A stretch of DNA of 64,000 bases from Balanoglossus misakiensis. Lineage: Eukaryota; Animalia; Hemichordata. The notes below the pieces were generated by a model. The model searched no databases. It was not told the DNA's origin and saw only the letters and a program-made list of their open reading frames with translations. Made by a program: the position numbers and the translations under genes. The stretch is taken from the NCBI GenBank assembly GCA_040954595.2, contig CM082584.2, positions 4,964,110 to 5,028,109 on the forward strand. Direction: 5' to 3'. Below are positions 12,097-22,500 of this stretch, piece by piece. Numbering within the stretch: the stretch's first letter is position 1; every line of letters starts with the position of its first letter.

Positions 12097-14650
12097 CTTA
12101 CAATATTAGTGGAAATATTACGTAAATATATTATTTGAAATCTATATTTCAAGATCAATTTCATTATATATACGAGTTATCAAATAATACATACGCAAGA
12201 TAAGACATTGTTTATATCATATCTATAGATATATGATTATCCCATCAACTACAATAAATGTGGCGTGTTTGTAAAACCATAGACACTGTAAATTTCTTGT
12301 GTCTGTGGTATACTCTGTGAAATAATACCGATACATGGCAATATATTACTGACTCTGTACGATTTATCACTGACGCTTTAAAATAAAGTTTCAACAGAAG
12401 TTGCCAACTTCCGTAAAAACTGACTACTGTAAAATATATGCCATCCATCTTTTCATTTTTTTGGTGAATTTACATCAATGAACGCCAGCATTTGCAACAG
12501 ACTAGCACAGATCTGAGATGTACACTTTATTAGTCCGACGAAACTTCAATAATGAAGGCGCTGTTTAGGCGAGGTGGAAATACTAGTACATTTAACACTA
12601 AAAGAACATCGTAACTAGGAAAATTAATTTTGTAAGATGAGTGTCATTGGCGACCACTTTAAACACGTTCCGGACTAATTTCGGATCAATTTTCGGAATT
12701 TCCGTTACTTCAACAGACATAGGTGTTGCCATCACCTTGATGTATATACTGTAATTGTCTTTTACGTTCATTCACACATAAAAAACAGTAATTTCCTGGA
12801 ATTACTCATGTATTCTCTAAAAAAAATCAGCTGAACTTTTTTTTTGTTTAAAGGAAATGTTCAGCTGATTTTTCATACATTTTTTCTCTAAAACATTAAG
12901 CTGGATTTTACATCGACCACACACGTTTGGAAAGGTGTGGCGCAAACTATAGGGTTAGAAACAACAATCTTATGTCACATTTATAAATATCTAATTATTA
13001 TTCCTTCACGAATATTTAAAGGTTTCCAAATAGGGGAGGTATTATTTTCGGACTCTAGAATTCCGAAATTAGTTCGGAACGTGTTTGAATACTCTTTACG
13101 TAATTACTATAATTAAATAAAGAATTATATAAAAATAATAATTTTAATAATAATAATATGTCTACATTTGACAATATTTTGTCAGTTATTGATACAGATT
13201 TGTTTCGAGAGCACAAAACATACACTTGGGAATTAAGTGTATTCAAATAACATAAACATCGATTTCAATCCAGCACAATTCATACACAATAGCCTACAAC
13301 TGAATGTCATTGCACTTTTAAGGTAACTTTCGTTGTTTGCTTTATGAACGTGTCCGTTGTATCAATTACATCTTTTTCTTCTTCGTCAACTTCCCATAGC
13401 ATGTTGAATTACAGGTGTTCTGCTCGTTGTTGTACATACAAGGGTAACAACATATCCTCTAAAATCCCCACCATTCAGCCATATTACTTGCATTTGCATC
13501 AGTTTGTCATCTCTTGGCGATTCATACCAAGATAGCTGCGTACTGTTTGCATGGAGGCTGATTAAATCGGTGAGGCACCGTTTTAATACATACATGTAGC
13601 GTGTTCAAATTGCAACATGCAGTCACAATCGGGCATCGATGAGATGTTCATGTATACCTATCAGTATAAGCTTATTTAGATGGACCAACTTAAGTTGAAA
13701 AATACAATCATAAATAATAATGCAAAGAGTGGGAGCTCTAGAGGCTTTAACATAGTTTGGTGTTAAATTATAAAAAACATAAATGGATTTATATCAACAG
13801 CGCCCACTTTATCAATGACTATATAGTGATACATCTCGGAAGTGGCTAGTGGCAAAGCTGGTTTTGCAGCACTGGAAATTTCAAGGTATGGTTCATGACA
13901 TGTTAAAACGGAAAATTTAGATGTTGTTGGGAAAGTTGCTCGTAAAAGGCCAACGTCTTTCTTAATGATTTATCATTCAATGTCAACACAACGTTTCAGA
14001 AAACACACAAACATTCAAACATCACACAAGTCCGCTTTCGTGGCAAAACTTGAAGCTTAATAACTGTTTTCGATTAGCGCAATTAAGTTTCTACATTTAC
14101 CACAATATTACGAATCACTCTATTTGTAATTAGACAGGGTGACGATGACAGGGTATCTGGGCGAGATAAGTCTGCGACCTTGGCTATATTATTTGAAGAA
14201 TATTCAAGAATATAGTATTTACACATATATAAATAAAGAAAAAAATTATGCCTAACCTAAATATCCAGACTATGAAGTCTGCATGCTGAACGATCGACTG
14301 CCAAGTATTTAACATAGGCATGAAAATTGACTATCAAATTTAAGTGTTTAAGCTATCAAATCAGTTAATAAAATGGTTATGGCTCTCTATATATAATTGA
14401 ATGCAGAAAAACATCTTTAGGACTGCTAGTAGTCCATTCGGTACATGCCCGTTTTAATTTGAACTCATCCTCGATTTCTGTGTCAGTGAGCAAACAGCAG
14501 GAGCTGTATCGACGCATATAATAAATTATCATACATGCAACGCCTGTATTTGGCACTTTCTATTGTTCTCGCCCCGAAGATATTTTACGGTATTACACTG
14601 AGTGCGATATTTTACGGTATTACACTCCGCGTATTGTTTTATAGGTAGGC

Positions 14651-14806
14651 ATGTATGATAAAGGGGTTATTACACGAATTTTGGTCGATAACGCGACGCA
14701 TTCTCGTGATGTCCGTATTTTGACTCGTTGCGAAGCGCAACTCGTCAAAATACGGACATCACTCGAATACGACGCGTTATCGACCAAACTTAGTGTAATA
14801 ACCCCT
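14651..14806. mobile_element. ~145-bp hairpin terminus of a Crypton-like element
   Basis: aggggttattacac...ttgcgaagcgcaa...gtgtaataacccct; a related copy lies in the opposite orientation at 47189-47345. Confidence 0.55.
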
Positions 14807-15897
14807 AAGTATTCTCTTAGTATACATATCTGTTTTTATGTATTTTATGTTTGCGTATGTGTGCGTATTCGCAGCGATCGATGGGTAACACAAAATCATG
14901 TTTCAGAAAATGAGTGCGCATCATTGGGAACAAATATCGAAGATGTCACCGTGGGTCCCACTTTATCATTGTACTGTTCCCAGTAAGACATGAGCAATTA
15001 CAACATAAACAACAGAGATGACGATACACCTACCTCCATTACGATTTAACGTGGCCGCATTTCTCGTTTCTCAATTAGTTGGAACAAACTGAGCTACAAG
15101 CTTTGCTGAAAGCGGACTTGGACGACAATAATCAATAAGTATTCCCACACACGACGCACCATGCTTTTAATGCAATCATCACTAGTGTAACCTGCACTTG
15201 AAACACGCGCCATCTCTCTAAGCATTTTGCCCATACGCCAAGTACATGCAAACTCCAGTCGACAACAATGTTGAAATGAAGTAGTGCACACTCTTAACTT
15301 TGTTTTCTCGACTCAGGATTTGAGTTCCTATTGTCCAGTTTAGAATTGCCTGCACCAAGCATGCAAAGACACAAGTCTACTGCCCTGTTGACCGTACGAC
15401 GATTATCACCTCTTCAACTATGGTACGCTTCCTTGAAAATATCTGGCATCCAGGGCAGTATTAATGTCTCAGGCGACAGGCATGGACAACAGTATCAATA
15501 TCAAAATCCAAACATTCTTTATACTTCTCTTCCAATGCAAGAGTGATGGGACATTAAAGCTGTAGAAAGCTACAGTACGTAACTGACTGGTGCTAATGGA
15601 ACCATAATATTACAACATTACACCCTATGTTTCTTTTTGCTTAGCTGACTGCATTAACAAAATCGTCTCTGCATATGAACTTGATTGAAAACAAAAGTTA
15701 ATGATAATACAAACAAAAAATAAATATGCTAATGAGATAATGCACCTATACACACTGACAAAAACACTTTAGATACTGTAACTGTGGGTGATGTCCTGCA
15801 TTGGAAGAGCCCGAAAGAATGTTGAATGTTAATAGCGACCCATTTCCAAAGTCGTGAAAGGCGTGTCAGACTCAGGTCAGAGTGTGCATTGACTCAC

Positions 15898-16049
15898 TTC
15901 AAGTTTTGCATTGCTTCCTCTGTGGTCTCCTGTATGTAATGGTCCATGTGCGCAGCCAGACTAGGGTGAACCCGTTTGAGATAGCCTTGTATACTACTTC
16001 CTGTCACAGTACCTATGGTGATATCCCACTTGCCGCCTGGTCGGTTAAG
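15898..16049 (-). CDS. GRIN3: GluN3-like alternative exon 4b (start of S2)
   Basis: cccaag|CTT...AA|gtgagt; 152 nt, phase 0 to 2; LNRPGGKWDITIGTVTGSSIQGYLKRVHPSLAAHMDHYIQETTEEAMQNL(K). Confidence 0.85.
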
Positions 16050-16571
16050 CTTGGGTTGCCATGACAACAGATCACAATACGAGCCAGTCAGATATACTAC
16101 AAAATGCACTACCGGATGTAAGCTTCAAGGTGACATTGAGGGTTTACTATGTTGGTTCAGGAAAACCATTCCAGATCTTAACCGGCCATCAGCCTATCTC
16201 CAACTTTGTGGAATAAACTATTGGATTGTTCTTTGCAAAAGGCGATGTTTGACAAGTTTAGAGTCCATTTTAAACTTTGGCGTCATGTTGCAAACCATCG
16301 CATGAAACAATCAACCGACTCATTTTTTGTAAATGAATATTGATGTGAGACATATTAAAGGGACAATACATTTCCTTCCAAACACAATAAACCCTCCATG
16401 GTCAAAGTGAAGACATAGAGCTACGTATAGGACATTATTTCGCCCAGGCTAAGTGGTCTTGACGACAGCCAATACCACCTAGCGATTAAAATTGTGAATG
16501 GTGTTACAAAAATAATGTCCTATGTGTATAATGTGTCAATTGAAGGTAAAATATCTACTAAGTGCACTCAC

Positions 16572-16714
16572 TTTAATAAGTCTATAGCCTCATCAGCATC
16601 ATCAACATTAAACTGTTCCATATACTGGGCGATGGAATACCAATTTTCACTTATATAATTTTCACAGCTGGAGCCGTTCTGAGTCGCAAATTTGAGCTGG
16701 CTGTGCTGCTGGAG
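16572..16714 (-). CDS. GRIN3: GluN3-like alternative exon 4a (start of S2; absent from the ORF track)
   Basis: gtgtag|CTC...AA|gtgagt; 143 nt, phase 0 to 2; LQQHSQLKFATQNGSSCENYISENWYSIAQYMEQFNVDDADEAIDLL(K) aligns to GluN3A [49 protein letters not shown]. Confidence 0.85.
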
Positions 16715-17312
16715 CTACACGTTTTTCCGAGCAATCGTAAAGTATTAGTTTCATCACTCGTATATAGTCAATATCTTGCGCCACCAAACGACCGCGTTTC
16801 CCAGTGTAGTAGTGTATTCGTTTTATCTACACGGAGATGCACTATAGAGAGTTGCATATAGGTTGTGTCTGTACCCAATATGGAACACTCTAATTGGTGT
16901 GTGCTTGGTGGCGCGTTAACACAGCATGCAAATTATATGCATATGTATTCAAATACGAAAAGATGAATATGTAAATATCACATTGCGACACTAAAACTCA
17001 CCGAAACAAATACCAAAGCCTGTTGTAGATTTTTTTCCGCACCCTGCACCAGTACATACGTCGAATATTACAAATGGCACTATTTTTGAGAAAACAACTT
17101 GCAGCTTTCCCGTTCACATAAATGCGATTGTGTTTTTTTTGGCTGAGTGTAATATGATTTTGTTGCTGTGGCAATATCATTATTTCATGAACAAACGAAA
17201 AAAACAGAAAACGTGTACATGCAGGTAGGTTAACAGATAGAGGGTGGGATCAATAACAGAGTAGCAAAGACAGTTTGAAGATCTGCATCGCGGCTATTTA
17301 AAAATGACTTAC

Positions 17313-18363
17313 CTTTTCATCATTGATGCCGTCAATCTGTAAATGTGACGTTTGACCCGCCATAAAAGCCGCCAAATTTGCCGTGTAACTCGCGAAGAAT
17401 ATGAACGAAAATGCGCCCCAGACATTGAGAAGAAATCGACTTGTCATGCACTTAGGTGGTTTACTCTTGACGGTATGGCTGAATAAAATCGAAAAGGCTA
17501 TGTTCAAAGCAGACGGTAATCCAAAAGTGTAATGTCTGTTGCGACCGCCTGGGTGCAACCCGTATGGGCTCAGCCACTCGAAGACTGTTATCGCTATGGC
17601 AACAAAGTTGACGGTAACAAACACTAATATCCACACCGTCCATTCTAAAGGCGCCAAAAAGGAATCCAACTGCGGCTCCACCTGTTTCTTAGCAACCAAC
17701 GTCGAAAACCCCGAGTGGAAAAACGGACTAGTGAAGTCAATGACGCGACTTCTCTCTGATGTAATGCTGAACGAACTGACGGCAACGTCGGCAGTTCCTC
17801 TTAGCAAGTCGCCGACCATTCCGTTCCACCGTCCGTTCTCCAGAGCACCGTGGTTTAAATCGGCCACCAAATAAAGATGATAACTGAATTCTACATCGGC
17901 ACTTAGCTTCTCCAAGAGGTCAACCGCAAGACCGGAACAACACCTTTTCATGTGCGAATAATTTCCATGTATGGTTGGCGCTTCGTATGCCTCAAAGGCT
18001 TTCTCGATTTCTTCCCGTTGACTGCTTTGTACTGACAAACACAGTACACCCGTCAAACATTCAAATGTTTCATCTAAAGGCGGCGACTCAAATATAAACG
18101 GCTTTTCCTCGTTTATAACGATTAGAATTTCTTCTGTATTCAGACCATGTGGTAAATTTGGAGTGTTTCCCGGATATATTATCGATTCCAGGTAGAAGTC
18201 ACTGTTTTTCCACATGCCAACTTTTTTCCAGTAGAAGCCTCTTTCTTCGCCGTGTTCCCTTTCGATTAAATTCAATATTTCATACGATGCATTATTTAAA
18301 TTGCCTTCTTGGTCTAGACAGATGAAACCACCTTGTCCTTGGAATGGTACACTTAAAAGTGAG
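17313..18363 (-). CDS. GRIN3: GluN3-like exon 3 (end of ATD, S1, M1-M3)
   Basis: cacag|C...AAG|gtaagt; contains VSSFSITSERSRVIDFTSPFF, FEWLSPYGLHPGGRNR, KPPKCMTSRFLLNVW and SYTANLAAF, all GluN3-type. Confidence 0.95.
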
Positions 18364-18403
18364 CTGTGAATTGACAAAAAATGCAATGTAGTGGGAAGTT
18401 AAT

Positions 18404-18499
18404 GCATACATACATACATACATACATACATACATACATACATACATACATACATACATACATACATACATACATACATACATACATACATACATACAT

Positions 18500-18598
<99 letters not shown>

Positions 18599-18651
18599 TA
18601 CATACATACATACATACATACATACATACATACATACATACATACATACAT

Positions 18652-18682
<31 letters not shown>

Positions 18683-18836
18683 TACATACATACATACATA
18701 CATACATACATACATACATACATACATACATACATACATACATACATACATACATACATACATACATACATACATACATACATACATACATACATACATA
18801 CATACAGACATACATACATACAGACATATATACATA
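18404..18836. repeat. Compound microsatellite (TACA)n/(CA)n
   Basis: Direct observation; accounts for the MYVC/HTYI ORFs. Confidence 0.98.
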
Positions 18837-18965
18837 GCGACTTGCCAATCACACATTGTTTTACACGTATTCACCAGTGTATGCTATCCTACCCCTTATT
18901 TAAACACTTTTCTGCCACTCAATTCCATAGTGCATCAAATAGAAACATCTAACATTAAACCTTAC

Positions 18966-19555
18966 CTGTAGTAGATTCGGCCATACTCAAGTGCTTGTTT
19001 GGACGAAGACAACCAACAATTTCGAGTGGACTCTACTTGGAAATTGGTTGCAAATTTAGTGGAAGCCCTGGCTAATAACTCAACTGCGTCTACAACTTTC
19101 AAAGTGACAACATCCGAATCATTAACGTAGTTCACTGCTAATAATCCCGTAGGGTAGTGATGAAGATAGCGTGGGTTGTTTGTTATAACGGACTCCGTCA
19201 CAATCCACACGTTGCCAATCTCCAGTAACCCATAATCACGGGCTTCTTCAAACAACATTGCAGCATATTCTGGAGTTGCGTGGAGTACGAACACTCGAGT
19301 CTGAGTCTCCATTATGTTCTCCAGCATTCTGTGTACGTCTCGCACATCTTTGCTGAAAACCACCGTGTTCTGAATGTTCCACTTTCTCGACGAGGTAGTG
19401 ATGTTAGTTAAGTACTGAACAAACGCTTGTGAATCCACGTGGTCACTAGCTAATACGTTGAACTGAAACCATCCGTTACGTTGTAGAAGTCTCTTGATTG
19501 CGTATGATTGGAAACTCTCTGAGGATTCTAATCTCAGATACATCGGGTGAACATC
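18966..19555 (-). CDS. GRIN3: GluN3-like exon 2 (amino-terminal domain)
   Basis: ttgcag|GAT...AG|gtaag; phase 0 to 2; TQTRVFVLHAT...ARDYGLLEIGNVWIVTE is typical of an iGluR ATD. Confidence 0.9.
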
Positions 19556-22500
19556 CTGCAATAAAAAAACATGTAATATCAGAGACGCATTATGCGCATG
19601 TGCCAAACCAGAGACTCTGGTTACAGAAATTGTATACAGTCAATGCCATAAGGCAGTGTGCTGCCCTAACAACGGGCAAGATGGCGGGGACCATAGCCTG
19701 TGTCGGAGATCGGGAATAAAAAGTAAATTAGGTGAAAAGAAGGTATTAAACGGAATTGCCATCAGAATATGGGTGTATCGATATAAAAATTTGTCTGTTG
19801 GGGCTAAATGTTTGGTTCAGCAGATTTACTGAATCGTCTACTGATTTCTCGGATGGTTTTCTTACACAATTAAAAATAATATTACTACAATAATTATATT
19901 TATTGAAAATAGCAGTAGGCATATATGTGTTTTTGTAGAAAGTCAGCGGGTGCTTAACACAAGCCGGTTTTGTCCGGCAAAGTCTATTTTTAAGGATCAG
20001 AGCGAACATCGTGAGCCTGATAACACGGAGCACTGGAAGTTCAAAGCAAGAGAGAAAGCAATTTGGCATACTCCTTGAAATACACAAGTCTGACACATCG
20101 ACCAATACAATAGAAAACCTGGGTACGTCTTCACCCAGATTGCTTTTAATGGAAAGGAAACTGATCATAGGTCTAGGGCCAACATCTGGCTGTAATAATA
20201 ACTTTCAGTATGCAGCTGGGAGCATGACATTTCGGTATAATGATGACACCAACAAAGGTACCTTTTGGTGTATTTTGGGTGTGTTTCAAGTGCGCTTGTG
20301 ATTGGTTAAATTCCAGAAAACCCAAGTCGGCACTAGAGTTTCTTGTCAAAGCTGCTTCTCGGCATTACAAGTGAAGACCACATGCCAGCCACAGCTCACA
20401 GGCAGTGTTATTGTTAAGTGAATGCCTTTTATTCCATTTATTCTAAGCTAAGCTAGCACACACTGGTAATATACTATTATCGAGGAGTCAGTTTTACACT
20501 AAAACCAATTTTGACTTGAGTGGCTTCAATTAAAAGCGCGCGTGCTCGGAATCGTCGTCTAAATAAGGATATATATTCTAAAATCTGCATTTTTATATTT
20601 TTCCTTGTCCTGATGCTCGGAGGCAGCTGCCCAACGATACTGAAGACAGTGCTTTTTGACATAAGAAGCCGATACCTTGATCTAAAGCCCAAAGGTTGGT
20701 TTTGCATCAAATTGAAATTCCAGTCACATATGCGTGACCTCCGAGCAGTGGACACACCTTTACGAGCCTCTTGCTGATATAGCTTAATCTGCACGACACT
20801 GAAGACTTGTTCTTCCGCGTCTTATAAAACCAAATGATTACATAAGCTAACCCGACGCCACTTTTGCCTGAATGTTTTTTAAAGACAGATGATTTTCAAT
20901 CCTTACTCCTACACCAACAAAGCAAATGATGACATTGCAGAAGGCAAATGCGCCACCTTGATAAACTATGCTTTATTTTTATATTTCATGAAAATAGTAC
21001 TTTATATCTTCAGTGAAAATCAGTCTCACCTTGACTCATGGAGTCAGTCAGATTATCATCTGCCACGTTGTGTTTATTTGCATATACACCTGTATTTTCA
21101 GAGTGACATAAATGCATCCAAACAACTAATGTGATTACTGTGAACTTATAAAAGGAAAAAGGTCACTCTGTTTGACCTCTTTGTGATCTCACAAATTCAT
21201 GGAATACTTGCATAAAGTGTACAAAATAATAATCTCGAATCATAACTTCCAAAGTGTAAACAATTTACCCCTTTGCTGTATGTAACCTGGAGATAATTTT
21301 GTGTGACTGTCAGGAGATGATTTTTAAGTTGAACAGTTTTCTAGAAATTTCATCGTAGCGTCGCTGACCCGATCAGCCTAGTGATTGCATAAGACTTGCT
21401 GTGAGTTTGAACGATTTGGTTTAGTTCTTTTTCATTTGCATATTGATATGTACACACCTGGTATTTACTACTTATAGGTAAAGTTGATTGGCCTGGTAGT
21501 GTAAGCGCAGAATGGAAATTTAAATACTCGGGTCAAACAGAGCAATCAATTAGCAGTTGTGACTGTTTTTGCCAGTGGACTTGTTAATAACTAAGTGAAC
21601 TCTGGACAAAATACTCGTTTCCATAATAACATTGCTTCCTCAAGCAAATAAACATTGTCACACGGCAAGGTTATCTTAATCACGCGATACCTTGACGATG
21701 ACCCCACCTCGCATCAGCTTGACATCCACGTATAGTAACACATACGGTATATTTATTACTCCACAGTCTTGTCCTGCATGTAATTGGGTATTCAATCTTC
21801 CGATGTCATCGTTGTTATACAGTGGCATCATTTTGCGAATGTTGTAATGATATATGTCACAAGTGTACATCAAGTGTAATTGCGCACTTCAATTTTGCAT
21901 CCACAGATAGCGTTTTGTTTCTTATCTTTATCTAGAGCACGTCAGGGAATGCATATTTTATTGAAGTTTGTATAAGTTGCCGGTTCCATTCAATAGTCCC
22001 TTCAATGCATCGATTAGTTCTGGCAATACATATAGATGCTGAGTAGTAAATACCAGGTGTATACATATCAATATGCAAATTCAGAGAACATGATGGTTGC
22101 AAGTATTGGTTTCTCAGTCTTCCATCTTTCACCCATTACTCATTTCTAGTCGAGCACCATGTACTGCGTAGTTCATTTCTTTCTATGTACTATATTTATC
22201 AAGACTGCAAGACTTTACATTCATCTGATAAGATGAATTTATAATTGAGTGTGTACAGTGTATCATTAATATGTCCAGATGTAGTATATATCCGAACGCA
22301 CCTACCCAGAATTAATATAACTTAATCAGTGTCACAATGTTATCGACAGGTGACTGCTTGCAGTATGTTAACAATACATACTCAAACTAATGTGGTATTG
22401 AGGTCACCAGATACAAAGTGTTCAAAGCATTTGCCAGTGAACAGGTAACCATGCCAACCGTATACATGTACGCTTGTGCATTGATCGACCCGTGTAAGGA

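Noticed and set aside
12097-15897. Search for further S2 alternative exons (candidates near 13386-13595, 15030-15200 and 15330-15560)
   Set aside because: The frames checked hit stops or lack the GT/AT-x-x-x-SS motif and phase 0 to 2 structure; the search was by eye and not exhaustive
18292-18971. ORFs of MYVC/HTYI repeats (also 42319-42872)
   Set aside because: Translations of (TACA)n/(TATG)n microsatellites, not genes
19980-20830. GC-richer patch with several short ORFs in GRIN3 intron 1
   Set aside because: No recognisable domain or consistent exon structure; probably an old repeat
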